A stretch of DNA of 64,000 bases from Hormiphora californensis (taxonomy: Eukaryota; Animalia; Ctenophora): NCBI GenBank assembly GCA_020137815.1, contig CM035353.1, positions 4,526,001 to 4,590,000 on the forward strand. The letters are read 5' to 3'. Both the position numbers and the translations under genes were made by a program. Shown one piece after another: positions 1 to 14,575 of this stretch (positions are counted from its first letter, which is position 1; every line of letters begins with the position of its first letter). The notes beneath the pieces are model-generated. The model was not told where the DNA came from and did no database searches. It saw only the letters and a list, made by a program, of their open reading frames with translations.

Positions 1-1280
1 AATACCGGGTTCCATCCATGATGGATACGAGGTTACTTTCGACACTTCGGTGTTGTACCACTTTGCAGGTTCACTCTGTGACCGATCGTGGTGTGCGTTT
101 ATTATCTGAGATCCTGGTGTCGGATTGCTGTTTCTCGTGAACAAAGTTTTATATCAGACAAAGACAGTGGTTTCTGAAGAAGAATCAAATCAAACACATA
201 ACAAGCAATCGCACATCTCCATTTTGAATTATTAAACACTGGAATCGCGAGTCTCTGTGACAAGAAACCCATATCAAAAACCCTCACTTGAGGTTTGTGT
301 TTTTAAAGTGGCCGTTACCATTAATTCAAAAAAGTTTGTCGCGAAAACTTTTTTCAAAAAAAACTTGCAAAAAGTTGCCCGGCGAAATTTTTGAAATTTT
401 GAAAACGCGATATTTTGAGGAAAACGCGCCGCGGCGTTGCAAAATACGCCTGATTTTTAGCGCGGCTCACTATTTGCGCGTGAAATCACGATCCCACCAG
501 ATCACTCACGCAGCGTGATAAATTGTGACACCAGACCCTAATCTGAGCGCGCGACAGTGCGCTCAGATGGGTCGCGGCGCCAGACAGGACCTGACACACC
601 ACGAGGTAATCAGATGGTGGGACCTCAGGATGGACATGATACCGAATACTATAATAGTTAGTTTAGCTTACATACTAGTGGACAATTATAACTTTATACA
701 ATTTGAATTTAACTATTTCAATCCTGGTGATAGTGTCGCCAACGGTTTTTTTTCGTTTGAGCTCGTAAAGCACATGTTTCGTTCCTTGGCCCCCACACAC
801 AGTTATCCGGGGTTTTTCCGGTCATTAACCCCCTTTTCAGCAACTATACAAACAAGAGAGGCAAGCCAAGGTACTACTAGGGCTGCCGACAATCCCGGAC
901 GTATTGACTAACCGGGATCGACATCTCTCTGGTCTCTTATACCGATTGTTTATTTCACACCCAATAACAAAGACTCACTCGAGCCAGTTTCCGCGGTCAC
1001 ACCAGGACCGTATCTTGTATTTATTATTTAAGACACTACCCCCACGGGCCAGTTTATTATTGGATGAATGAAGTAGGTCAAGAATACCTTATTACCTAAA
1101 GAATTAAATCCGCAGTTGTGCAAGATATTGTATCAATAGTGTTGGACACCAAATTAAAAAGACCAATAATCAAGGAACCCGAAATTGTCCGTGTAAACAG
1201 AGCAGGGGATCGAAAGGACAGGTCAATGGGATTTATTAAATGTAATGTGAACACCTTTATAATAAACTACATTATGTATA

Positions 1281-1437
1281 CAGTCGGACCATTATTTACC
1301 AGCCCCTGATTTACCGGGATGATAAATTTCTCGCGATATTCGAAACTTACAGTATTTGGCACCAATACAATATACCAGAAACCAATATATTTGGCAAACC
1401 CTTTCCCCGACCATCCCAGTAAATCGTGGACCGACTG
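1281..1437. mobile_element. Tc1/mariner-pogo-type MITE
   Basis: TA-CAGTCGGACC...GGACCGACTG-TA. Confidence 0.85.
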
Positions 1438-2312
1438 TAGTAGGCTTACGACCTATAATGATATCTGAAACGTGACTTAACAACTGTGTCTCTTTCAGTC
1501 AGTGATATCCGATGACTAAACAGCTGTCCAATCTGGTTAAGAAAATCAAACAAAGACTGAGAGAATTTTACAGCTCAATATATATCAGTCTCTTATAATG
1601 TTAAAACACTGGGACCTGGGGAAATTATCGAAGCGGAAAGATGAATTAAATTTGGAGACGGCTGTTGGTAATGTCCTAGAGGAAACTAGTGGTGCCCAGT
1701 CGAACCTTATGGTATACAGAGCGAGCAAGACTACGTGCAATTAAAGACATTCAACCTCAACTATTCTCGAGTAGAAGATCACTGGTGGGCTATTAGGATA
1801 CAACCCCCTGTCGAGGAATGCTAGAATGGACAAGAACATTCCTAACGCCACGTGAGGCTGGGAGAGGTTCACGAGGAGCCAACAGTAGAAACTGTAAGTC
1901 TCATGATACCGATCCGAGTTAGTAGTACATAGTATAGTTTGTTATTATATCTATGGAAAAGTTACTACTTTAGTTTAACTATTCGAAAAAGCGAGCACCA
2001 ACACGATGCTATATACATGTACATGTATATGTATATGTATCATCATGGCTGTGAGAACTCGACAGAGATGGTGCAGGTGGAGCTATTATATGTTGAGGGG
2101 CCGGAGGCTTGAAAATACATGAATTTGTGGACAGTGAACTTCACAGTGTGAAGCCAGAAGAGATTAGATCAGGGGCGGATCAGGATGGGTGACACCACCC
2201 CCTCCCGTGGTTCACCACCCCATCTTCCCACCGCCACAGGAGCTGGAGGGTTGGAGACAGGGGACCTGTTCCTATCTCTGTTACTAAAAACAAAGGCGAG
2301 GGTTCCTCAACT

Positions 2313-2650
2313 TTGTCGAACATTCCCTGGATATCACTCCTCCTCCTATCATCCCAGGAGTGGTCGTCTCCAAACCAAGGGAGTTCGACCTGGACATCCA
2401 GAGCTTGCATCCTGTCCAAGCTCTCTCCAATCACTGCTACGGAAGTTAACGTGATGATGAGGGATATAGGTCTGGTGAAGGGGAGGTTCCTCATCGACAG
2501 AGTTAGAGCCGCGAACATCAGCGTGCAGGCAACTAGGTTCCTCACATGTATGCTCAACCTGTGTGCTTCGGAGGCCATCTGCGAGACCCTGGGGAGTATG
2601 ATGGAGGCGGGTCACCAGAGATTTACCGGGCAGCTAGGGACGACCGCCGC
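2313..2650 (+). pseudogene. Possible hAT-like C-terminal fragment
   Basis: LNLCASEAICETLGSMME resembles the hAT catalytic-Glu (S.A.CER.FS) motif; weak match. Confidence 0.4.
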
Positions 2651-5473
2651 CTGCAACGAGAGCTTTTCCCGAGGTTCAACAGTCCAGAAATGCAGGAATG
2701 CTCTGGCCTCATTGAGGAATATTCTGGCAAAGGTGCTCCTGCGGTAGAGATGTTGATCGGCATGGATCTGATGCAAAAGAGACAATAAAACACATTAAGA
2801 TGCTGTATCCATCAGACATGACAGTAGTAGTTAGTAGTAGTATAGTATTTTATATCTTATTTTATATGGAAAAGTTCTTTAGTGACAGTTCTTTAGTCTT
2901 CTGGATATGAGGCACAGGACACCAATGATTTTTATAGGTGTTATAAATTGCCAGTAACTTATTTTTAATACAGTATCTACATACCAAGTTGTGAGTGGAA
3001 CTAGGCGATGAAGTTACATAATACGACGGCGGGCACGGGGAAATTGTTTTACACATATTGTATAGCTGTGTTTATATCTGGACAAGTGACAGTTCTTTAG
3101 TCTCCAGTTCAACAGTTCAGAAATTCAGGAATGCTCTGGCCTCATTGAGGAATTCTGGCAAAGATGCTACCGCGGTAAAGTTGTGGAACGGCATGTATCT
3201 GATGCAAAAGAGAGACTGTGAGTAGTCACACATTAAGATGCTGTATCCATCAGACATGACAGTAGTAGTTAGTAGTAGTATAGTATTTTATATCTATGGA
3301 AAAGTTACTATTCGATGTGCTATATATATGTATCATCATGGCTGTGAGAACATAACGGTGCTGGTCGAGGGGCCGGAGGCTTGGAAATACGTAATGACTT
3401 TGTGGACTGAACTTCACAGAAAAGATTAGTATATCAGGGGCGGCTCAGGATGGGTGTCCATTGGACATCACACATCCGACATACAAGAAATGGCCAATAC
3501 AAGGCACGACTCACGATATCATTAACATTCGGAGTATCGTGACTAATGGGTTGAAGGCAGTTAGGAGATGGGTTCATTATATTATGGTAGATGTATTGAT
3601 GCAGATCTGGTGGCCATATTGCACACGAGGCTCTGTATATTGGTAGAGCTTCTGATGCTTCCTCCTGTTTGTGTAGAGCGGGAAATCGGCAAGCTATACA
3701 GGTGTCCCCCGTTAAAATATAAGTGGCTGTGAGTGATGACAGCCCGGCGACGGACATGATAAGCTAATAGGACTGTTCGGAGCCGTGTTGATTCAAATAG
3801 GAGATTGGGACAAGTTTACAAAATGCCCCACGATCTACTGAATAAATCTAATGACTCAGAACACGATTTAAATACATAATAAGAGTACGATGTAATAAGT
3901 ATACGAGTTTGACCAATTATTAACTAGTGAAACCCTTGAAACTACCCTTCTGAGAAGTGAGGGGGGGGGGGGGCTGGCACAGCCATGATATCTGACTAGT
4001 AGGTCTACACAAATGAAAGAAAACAGATCTGCTCTAAAGATAACAAGAGATAGAGCTGAGATCTGTACAGGGATCACCCCCTCACCATGATAGAGCTGAG
4101 ATCTGAGTTAAAATAACAGTTACATGTTTCCTCCGTCGACCCCCACAAGGACTTCAACAACACAAACAAAGGAAAATAGAGAGAAATGAGATCGCAAGAA
4201 AGAAAGTGAGAGGGAGAGCTGAGAGGGAGAGAGAGAAAGCGAGAGAAATATCAGTCAACATGCAATAATTGCACATTATACCATTTAGAGTCAACTGACA
4301 CAACACTCAACCTAATGAGGTCCCTGTTATAGAGCTACATGCCCCCTGTGCAGGGCGTCTCTTAAAGAAGAGCCATATAATAACATTTCTAAGTGGTCCA
4401 TTACAGAGAGTTACAGTTATGGGTCGAGGAAGAAAATTTATGTGTGGGGTGGCCGGCTGCACATATGGCCATAACGCGACAGGTACACGAAAACATAAAT
4501 CGCATACGGACAAGCATATAAATGATGGTGATCTGAACCCATGGCTCATCCACATACCCTTCGAAAACCCAATACTTCCCTTGTAAGTCAAGAGACAAGA
4601 GTCAAGTCTGATCAGATTAGTCAAGAATTTCTTGCCATGAATTACTTTTTGAATTCCATCACTCGGTTATGTTCTAGGATTTATCATTTAGGAAACTACC
4701 TATAAGGCAGTAGGCTGAACATGAAAATTAACAATTAACATGTCACCCTATTTCAGTGCACCGATACCAAGAAGTGCTACGCAACCAGCCATGATAATTG
4801 AGGAGACTGTTGAGGAGACTGTTGAGGAGACAACTGGCGAGGACACAACAGTCAACACCACTTTTCAAAAGGGGTGATCCACAGCAGCTGGTCCCCCGAA
4901 TCCCACACACTGATCATACGAAGAGGCACATGCCAGCGAAGAAGATAAAGGAGAGGATTTCCTCTCTCAGCAACCTGGTGTGTCGTGAGAGGATTCGCCG
5001 GCGAGGCGGAGGCCCAACCACCAAGACCTGGCGGAACTTTTAGAGATGTGCAGGCGCCGTTCTACTGCTCGAGGAGTTCTTGGAGGGACCATCCAGATTG
5101 GGAGGAATTCAAGATGCGACTACTCAGGTAGATGCCTGAAGCTGTCAAACAGTAACACCAGAATACCAGGAACAGGAAAGGGAACGGGACTAGTAAAACT
5201 AAACAATTTAAATTCACACACCACTAGAGACCGTAACAGTAAAGCTTACCACCATCCTCCCCCAGCCACCTGATAAAATTATCAGACCAAGGCCAAGGGA
5301 AGTTTCTCGACGACCTAAACTCCATGAGCCCGATCCTAGGATATTGGAACGAAGTAGGAGTCTGGAGTGGGAGAGATCAGAAGATGAAGTTGGGAGGAGC
5401 TAATTCCAACGTTTACTGGATCGAGGGAATCTCAATCCAGACAACAAAACTAATGACAACAAACCCATTCCCA

Positions 5474-6098
5474 GTCATCAAGGGGGGTTGTGTATAATAC
5501 ACTTTCTCCGACACGGGACTCAAGCACGGGGGTGCAGGTGGCCTACAGAAGGTGGGGTGTGACAGTGATTTCTTTATGTGTGCATGAAAATGCAGAATCG
5601 GTTAGGGACCGTTCCCTCCTCCCGATAGATGTTAGCCAATAGGAGGGCTCATTCTACCTGGGTACAAACTATCCTGAATGTGTCTGAAACTATCCGATTT
5701 CCTGGCTCGTCATTGGCCGACGGATTTCCCGCCTCCTGATTGGCTGCTGAAGGACCCAATGAGCGCGCACCATCCGGTGCCCTCCTATTGGCTAACAAGA
5801 TCCCTCCTGCAGTACTAAAGGAACCCGGATTTTCACATGGACAAGACACTTCACTAAATCACCAAAAGTCATACAACACCATCGTATGCCCGTCTGAGCT
5901 CTTAATCCCCCTCCGCTAGCTTGGTTAGGGCTATGTCAACAAGCTATCGGGAGGAGGGAACGGTCCCTAACCGATTCTGCATTTTCATGCACACATAAAG
6001 AAATCACTGTCACACCCCACCTTCTGTAGGCCACCTGCACCCCCGTGCTTGAGTCCCGTGTCGGAGAAAGTGTATTATACACAACCCCCCTTGATGAC
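5474..6098. mobile_element. MITE with about 155-bp TIRs and 8-bp TSD
   Basis: Arms 5474-5628 and 5945-6098 (GTCATCAAGGGGGG... / ...CCCCCCTTGATGAC); TSD CATTCCCA; empty site on the minus strand at about 6955-7050. Confidence 0.92.
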
Positions 6099-8489
6099 CA
6101 TTCCCAGTCAACTAACCTATCTCCCCCCCCCCCCTAGCTACAATGAGACGTATGACTCCACAGCAACGACTTGTCAGACAGCAAAGGGGTAGGCAGTTCC
6201 GTGCCTTCTCTCAAGAGCTTATAGCCCTTGAAGACGCCGATTTCCTCGACCTCGAGCCCGATTCTAGGATATTGGAACGAAGTAGGAGTGGAAGAGATCA
6301 GAAGACCGCCGATGAAGTTGGGAGGAGCTATTTCCAATGTTCTACATGTTGGAGGGAATCCCTCATCATTTTCAACAATGGTGAGATTGTAGCAGCAGCC
6401 GGTTCCACAAAGGACAGAGACGTATAGCATCTCTACGACATGTGGAGAGAAAGCTGAGTGAGAGGTTCACGTTAAAGGAAATATGCAATGCTCCTGTTTA
6501 ATAAGGTCTCACATGAAGGAGACAAGAGGAGGAGGGACAATGTCAGAGCATTTGTAAAATTATTTTCTCAACAGAGATGGTCAGGGACAATCCTGTCCTA
6601 AATTTTTCAATAAGTAACACTTGTTTTTTTAAAGTAAACTCCTAACTGGCATAATGCACAACAGGTGTGAAATATGTATGAAGCAAAGAAAATAGGAAAT
6701 TAAATCAACCGTTGTTTAGCACTTTGTTACTCTTACTAAGAAAGCTCGGAAACTGAAATGATATCAAAACATAAAATCTGCAATAATTTCTCTCAGCGAG
6801 CTAACACATATAATATTGCAAGGATTGTTAGGTTAACTGGGTGATTGATTGGATCTATCCTTCTCAAGCACAGGTTGACAAGAGTGTCTGTGTGTGGAAA
6901 CTGTGGAGAAAGAGGAGTTAATACGGTCAGCTGCTGGAAAGGAAGGGGGGGGGGATAGGTTAGTTGACTGGGAATGGGTTTGTTGTCATTAGTTTTGTTG
7001 TCTGGATTGAGATTCCCTCGATCCAGTAAACGTTGGAATTAGCTCCTCCCAGCTAGTCGGCTGTCGCAATTGCCATATTTGGCATCAAGCTAGAACATAG
7101 AGCCAGGAAAATACAGCATACAATCATGTCACCATTTCACTCGTGTAAGACGTCAAGACGATACCAGATGAAGCCCAGTAGTATAAAAACTACCGTCATC
7201 AGCTAGTAGACTTCTGTAATATCTTAATAATTAAAACTATCTGATACCACATATACATAATATATAAATTCGACACAAAGCTTTCTTTACGTTCCGAATC
7301 ATTACATTGCAAAGGTCGACGAACGGAAGGAAATAGTAGAGGCAATAATTACATTCACCTCCTCTGATTTCTCTCAGCGAGCTTATATTATTTTGGAAGG
7401 ATTGTTACGCTAACTGGGTAACTGGGTGATTAGCAGGTCACACCATCGCAGATCATCAAAGCGATATCTAACACTGAAGCTGATTGATCGATCAACAGGA
7501 GGTGTCTGCCTTACACCATCATACTGGGCTCCAAGAGGTGTCTTCCTCATCAGACTGGGCTCCAGGTTGAAAGTAAAATCAAGAACCAGAGACCAACACG
7601 GAAATGTTAAGTTGAGTCTGGAACCCCAGTTAAGAGTGAAAGTAAGAGGATTCGGGTAATAGGAATAGAGCCAGGAAAATACAGAGGAGAAACGGACAAA
7701 AAATTGGTCGGATCCCCCCCCCCCCCCCAGACCAACACGGAAATTTTCAGAAGACGTCCATCGGCAGCCCAGAAAGCAAAAATGGAGAAGAGACAAATAG
7801 AGTAAATACCTGTGCGACGCCCTACCCCACCTGCTCTCAAACTAACAAAACTCCCCCAAAACCGATACTTCTCTGTGATTCTCACATAACCTTCCCCTCC
7901 ACAGAAAAACAGGAGAGAGCTCCCCCGTCCTGGACAAAATGCCATGGGACAGAGTTCTCAGTTAATTGCTTGCTACAGGTTATTGAACACACGAGGCTAG
8001 TTCATGACAGAGTGAACGAGAAATTATGCGCCTATTGCGATAAAAAATTTGCAGAGAGCATCGACATTGGCACGGCACGAGAAACATTTCAACCGAAGAT
8101 GCATCTTGCATAACTGAGGCGGAAGCAAGCCTTCGATTACCCGTCGTTAAGTGAAAGCTATGGTCATCATGGAGCAGTACCACCAGCAAACCCTGGTTAA
8201 GACAACGAGGACAAACAGGTCCAGGGAGAAACGTTTGTCAAAATAAACAGGGCCGCCCTAGAGCACGGACGTTATATGTTATAGGGATTTCTAATAATTA
8301 TACATTACATAATCTCATTCCAAAGTACTTGTAGACTGAGATTCTCAAAGATTTGAAAGAAAATGCGGGTATTGCGGAACAAAATGATAGCGACATTGAT
8401 TAGATAATAACGTGAATTTATGACATTGAATTATAAAAATATCAGTCGGCCAATCTACTATGTAATATACATTATACCAACTGTCTCTC

Positions 8490-8605
8490 TTCTTATTGTC
8501 TTATGTGGCAGGTATTGGCTTTATAATGAAAAACACGGGTATCGAGGCAGTGCTAGGCGTGGTCTTCAACGACACCATCATCACTAAGATCCTTCACTGG
8601 AACCC
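8490..8605 (+). pseudogene. Academ-like transposase fragment
   Basis: LSYVAGIGFIMKNTGIEAVLGVVF...ITKIL resembles the Academ S..G.IG..M..[ST]GL...L...[FY] block. Confidence 0.55.
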
Positions 8606-10389
8606 AAGAAAGGGCGCTGACAAGGACATGACGGAGGACCCATGTGGAAGGTTTTCAGAGCCTCTCCAGGTTCCCCTGTGAGATCAGTTGCAACTGTGCA
8701 CCTGCCCAGTCTTTAATTTAAATCTATAAGGGTGGACCTATACAATATCTGAAACAACCAATCCCTATTAATAAATGCCAAATAGAATTTTATACCAGCA
8801 GCCTCCTATAACAGTTGACCAAAAGGCTCATATATGTTTTACATATTGCAGGTTGAGAATAGAGATTCTGGGCAGCGCCAGTGTACTCCGCTCTGTTAAT
8901 GCCACTGGCCAAATCCCTCTATATCACCTGGCCACCCGACATTAATGTATTCCTAAAGTATGGTGGGGATGGCTCGGGGTCACACGCGAGGTACCACCAT
9001 AACTACGACACACACAACTATGTTTCTGTACATGTTTTGTATACTGCGTATTGAAGACAGGGCCAGGGCCACTACACCAGATGAAGCCCCTGTATGTCAA
9101 CACCTCTTCCAACTCACCTCACACCCACCATCCTCTCTTCGTACGATACCAATTACCAGACGAAGCCCAGCAGTATAAAAAACTGCCGTCATCAGCTAGT
9201 ATACTTCTTTAATATCTTATAATTAAAACTATCTGATACCACATACATAAATTCCACACAAAGCTTTCCTTACGTTCCGAATAATTGCAAAGGTCGACGA
9301 ACGGAAGGAAAGTAATTAATTATATTAGTGAGAAATCAGAACGGCGGGAAATAGCAGCAAGCACACACGCCATCGATGCGTACTGCGCGCACTCATAACA
9401 CAGAGAGAAGGTCGGCGCGTTACTGTAGGTGGAGTTGAGACATATGGCCACAAAGTGTCTCGAACCATGGACACAACGAGGCTGATATTGTCTCAATGGA
9501 CATTGAATCGATGTACCTCTCAATCCGAACGAGAGAATGTGGAACAGGAGTTGAAAACAAGAGTTGGCACCGGATACCACTCATCCGGTACGTATGCTGA
9601 AATAATCGTGGACAACCCCTACCATAATATCTTCTCTTCGTAATATCTCCCTTATCCATATCATATATATAGACATGGGAAAACCAGAGTTTCCTTTGAC
9701 GCCAGCAACAGCGATACCTCTGCTAGATGTTATCCGTTTGGATAACGAGGATCTGCAACCCCTCTATAATAAAAAAGGTTCGCCAGAACCCAAAGTAACA
9801 GAACTTAGGATGAAGTGAACTAGGGATACAATAAATATTCGATATTATTATTATTATTAATTAATGTAACGAAATAATGACCCTTCAGAGAGGGATCTAT
9901 CGTCCGAGTAGTTAATTATTTAATTAATTTTTATGTCATATAAAGGGTGGGTTGGGCGAACTGATCCTAAACTGGCCAACATGTGTTGGCCAGTTTAGGA
10001 TCAGTTCGCCATGTATAGTAACGAGAGCGGTTAATTTATATGGATATATATGTCCAAGAAATGATTAAGTTATTCCTAGCCAGGAGTGGTAAATAAAATA
10101 TTTAAAACCGCTGCCCATTTATAATTTACAAACTACCGCAACCGTTAACCCATGGAACTAAGTAAAACATTGCCCGAGCTCTCTGATGGCTTTGGGATCG
10201 AGCTCACTTCACCGAGCTAAACAGGGCACAATATGGAGCGAAAATGGAAAGCGTGATGTGGAGGAACAGTCTCACACGAACCGGTACACTTGGTGAGGAC
10301 AGACAGGCTGTAGAAGATGAGCACCTGCATTGGGGAACCAGGACCCTTCAGGAACCAGCATCCTCAGGAGTTTTTTAATTGAATAATAT

Positions 10390-10821
10390 ATTAAATGGGG
10401 CCCTTGAATGGAACCCCCCCCTCCCGGGAACTGAAAGAGGACTAGCCAAGACAATCGAGGAGATTCTGGAGAAGGCGCTGCCAGGTGTAAATCTCGTCGT
10501 ATTGCAACTGCCACGTCATCGAGCACCCGGACCTATCAGTCGGATCCAGATCAAGATGGTAGGATGATATAGCTGTGGGATGGGGCCCACCTCATAGAGC
10601 TTATATTAAACAGGGCTCTTGAGGGTGAGGTGGATAGCACTCCTGGGACAGTTAGCCATGCAATGGCCCACCTCAAAGCTGTGTCAGCATTCTTCAGGGA
10701 CACAGTAGTATACACATTGCTGCAAAAGGAGGGGTCGTGTCCTGCACTAATAAAGGACATGAAGTTTGTGGGCCACAGTAGGGATCTCATCAGGCGGTAC
10801 CTGGAGCAACTGGACAAGTGA
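10390..10821 (+). pseudogene. hAT-like transposase fragment
   Basis: GTERGLAKTIEEIL...; LWDGAHLIELIL (position of the hAT C/DxxH motif); KFVGHSR. Confidence 0.6.
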
Positions 10822-11237
10822 TACTTGACGAAGACAGGCAAGGCCGGGGAAGATGGTCTTCCTAAAAGACAGGAAAGGAAGGGAGAAACATCTTGGTAGT
10901 GCAGCCAACCCAAATTACTTTTAAGTTGCCAGCACCTAGGTGGTTCCATATAACCCGTACCATATAACCCTTACCTATGCCTGAAGTATTCTGCCCACAG
11001 CAATGTTGAGATGGTACTCAGTAATCAGTGCGTAAAGTACCCAATACATGCTACAAAATTAATAAAAAACATGAGAATGAGAATTTAGAAGAATATTATA
11101 ATAATTATGATAGTATCATGTATATGTATTAAGTAGCCTGTCAATAACAGCGTTGAGAAATAAACATGTGGCTCGTTTTACAGGGAGGGGCTAAATCAAT
11201 GGTTTAGCGAAGAGGAGCAGGGGACAATATTCACGGA

Positions 11238-11305
11238 ACGAAGAGTGATCGTGCCAGGGGACGAAGAGTGATCGTGCCAGGGGACGAAGAGTGATCGTGC
11301 CAGGG
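11238..11305. repeat. 23-bp tandem repeat x3
   Basis: ACGAAGAGTGATCGTGCCAGGGG at 11238, 11261 and 11284 with no spacers. Confidence 0.95.
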
Positions 11306-14203
11306 CGGTTTTAAAGGAGTGGGACAGGACGGTGTCCTGGATAAGGACTATATTGATGTGTTAGTGAGGGCCGCCTGAAGGCGTTTCAAGCTGAAGCCTC
11401 GGAACGTGAGGGAGTCCCTCTGGAAGAGGCTTATTCAAAATGTTATAATATTAAATTTAAACCCTATTTTAGTAATATTGCTAACAGTTGACCCTCTCTT
11501 CACAACCAGACCCAAGCTATATATATATATAATTATTAATTATGTATAAAGATTAAAGAAGGGCATAAAAATTAGAATTGGAACTGGTGAATCACCGTTT
11601 ACCATTCTCAGGTCGAGCGGGAATAGGACACAATGAGCCGATCTACATGGTCATATTAAAAGGGCTGTCGAACAAGAAGACTAGATCTTTCGACGCCGAA
11701 AACTTTGTTGCTGAGAATACCTAGCCTGTCTCAGGACGGATCTCAACGACCACTTTTTATAAATGTAATTAGCTTTTAACTTGCAATTTAAGATCTTTCA
11801 GAAAAAGTACCCTAATTTTACTATTGGCCAATCGGCAGTCATAATATAATGATGTACCAGCAAAATTGCTGTAAATTAAACTTCTAAGGGTACCCTAGAT
11901 AAGAGTGGGGTCCAGGGCGGAGCACCTTGGTGGGGGTCTGGGGGGCGAAGCAATCCTCATAATCTGAGGCAGTTGCAGAAACAATCGGTTCTGTGATGGA
12001 GGACTATCAACTCAACCAGTACACTGCCGATGGCGGCGAGAATGCCAGATCCCAGAAGGAGATTTTTTGCAGGCTAAATGGGCCTCCCCAGGGTACCTCT
12101 GGTCCCTTTGTTATGAAGGTAGCGGAGGTGCTAGAGGTCCAATCCGGTTACCCTCCTCCACTCCTTGTGTACAGAACAAGAATTAGAAAGGCTACAATCC
12201 TGAAGCCCTCGGTAGCCAGCGGAATTTTGTACTTCGAGGGATCGGCACCGCCAGTTCCCATTGGATTCTCGCTGCTAAGGTAAATCAATAATCCCCGCAC
12301 CGACATCACCCGAAACAATCTGTCTCACACACAGATCTCAATCCATTGTGGAATCTCTAAGGTAGAAGTAGATGACTTAAAAAATCTACCACGGTTTACT
12401 GTCTAACAACTGTGTACATGATCAGAGGAGGATGAACCCTTCGGACGTTATTTCGAGGCTGAAAAAGGGGAAACAGGGAAGTGTTTGGAGGGCTAGGGTA
12501 CCATGTATAGACAAACTTTGTATCCAATTTTTATTTATTTGGCCCGGGAGGAGTTAAAAGTTTATGAATCACTTGTCACTGGTGTCAGTGGTCACAATTA
12601 ACAATTCTCACACACAGCAAAATCATAGAACCCGTGACAAACAAAACAATTTGTGTGGGTTTGGTAGAGAGAAAGGAAGCTGCAACACAAATATTTAAGC
12701 TAAACTTAGATATCCCTAGATTTTCTTAATATCTTTATCTCCAAATTTAATATTCTCACATTTAATTTAATATTCTCACATATATGTAACATGGTACACC
12801 TCAGATTTCTCAAACTGATCATATCCTCTCAAAACTGTTTGGAATTGTGTGACACTGACATTGAATCCTTTTCAGGCCCGGCGGAAAGTATGGTGTACCT
12901 CCAGTGTGGAAGATTTGGACTGCAACCGACACCTTGCAGAAGAAATTGCCCTTCCAAAGACCAGAGCCACCCCAGCCCAACCTAACACTAACAGTACCTA
13001 ACAGCCTAGTGACTGAGCTCCTTACCAAACAACCCGTCCAGTGTGGATGATGTGGACCGCCACTGACAAAATGCAGACGACAATACCGTTTGAGCTGCAG
13101 GAAGCAGATTTCACTGACTTAGAAACATTCTTACTCCGCGTAATCATGACCCATGCGGGACAACAGCTAGATTCAACAATATAGTTGAAAAGCTACCGTT
13201 AAGAAAATCAGATGGTAGGAAGTGTGGTCGGCCCAACATCACAGAAAGTCGAAGTTGAGACCGAGCTAATGGGTACTCATATGACAGTAGCCTAAAGGTA
13301 TTACCCCCGTGACACCACATGGGCCTGGGCATCCAAACTAATTTATTTAATTGTTTTTTGGACTAAATACTTATACCCTTTGTTAGATGGAAGAATGGAA
13401 CTCCAGACATGGGCAGCCCAGCTTCCACCAGCCTACCCTCATTACCCTACCCCAGCAATTATACCCTCATGGTTTCCAGCAATACGGCTCCCAGCTGCAG
13501 TCCCCTGGATCCCAGAGGACCCTTGCCACCCAACAGCACTCTTCTTCACCAGCCGAAGAGCTAGAGAAAGAACGGCCGCCATTTTATTGCGAAGAGTTAT
13601 CTCAAAAATTCAAGGATATCATTGCAAATCATGTGAGTTCAATTAAGATCACTACAACTGTTGTTTTATCGGGTTTAGATAGCTGTACTTATTGTTTTTC
13701 TGTAACTAGAGCCCATCGTTCTCCATAATAACAACGGCTGATATATTACCCCAATCCCCCACTCCCGTCCCCCTCTTCATCTTTCTTCATCTCCCACTGC
13801 ACAGGTTGGATAAAGGTTTTCTGAAATGGATGAATCACTTCCTTGATTATGTCGGCTGTACAAAGGAAAGGAATCATAATGTATCCCCTTGCATTTTTCT
13901 CTGAAATCTCTAATGTCTGTTTATGATGATTTGCAGCTGTACTATCCCATTTTACCAGCTGGCCCACCTGAAAACCTAACCCAGACCAGCCTAACCCCAG
14001 GGGACTCAGCCCGGGGTGGGCCCCGCAGACCGGATGGTCCTCGAGAAGGAAATTATGGGTAGAGACAGTCTTCATGCACTATAAATAATTTGTTACATTA
14101 AAAAGAGACTAAGCCTAACCGAAAATGCGAATACTGTGGTGCTAATAACAGAACGTCCCATGTGTCAAACATGCTTTATGGTTCTCACGACTAACTGAAA
14201 TGG

Positions 14204-14575
14204 GTGGGACACTCCAGGGGAGCAATGAGGACGTACTGGACGAACCTGAAAAGAATCATTGCTTCGGGCAAACTGGATCAGGACAGGCAGGCGGTGGGGG
14301 ATAGATTGCTCCAGGAGTTGAAGTGCCCAAAGATCAGGCTGGCACTCCTCTGTGTAAATGGGATCCTGGAAGCCATGGCCCCATTCTCTGCTGAGCTCCA
14401 GAAGCCAGGACTCCCATTGGACAGGTGGGCCACTATTATCATGGCGGTGAGGGAGGAATTCAAGAGGTTGTCTGTGAAGACTTCATCTGCAGCCTGCGTC
14501 CAGTTCTTCACCACCCATGAGAGGATCATTGCTTCGGGAAAATTTGACACGAACCGGCAGGTAGTGGACTATTAA
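14204..14575 (+). pseudogene. hAT-like transposase fragment (also at 18777-19118 and 22173-22508)
   Basis: GHSRGAMRTYWTNL...GILEAMAPFSAELQK resembles the hAT insertion domain and aligns with GHSRDLIRRYLEQL at about 10770. Confidence 0.55.

Noticed and set aside
525-580. Hairpin ATCTGAGCGC...GCGCTCAGAT at the edge of a repeat-like block
   Set aside because: Probably a transposon end, but no partner terminus or TSD is visible, so it cannot be classified.
11238-11305. CRISPR-like short direct repeats (also 25001-25139)
   Set aside because: Units are contiguous with no unique spacers, no cas genes, and the context is eukaryotic.
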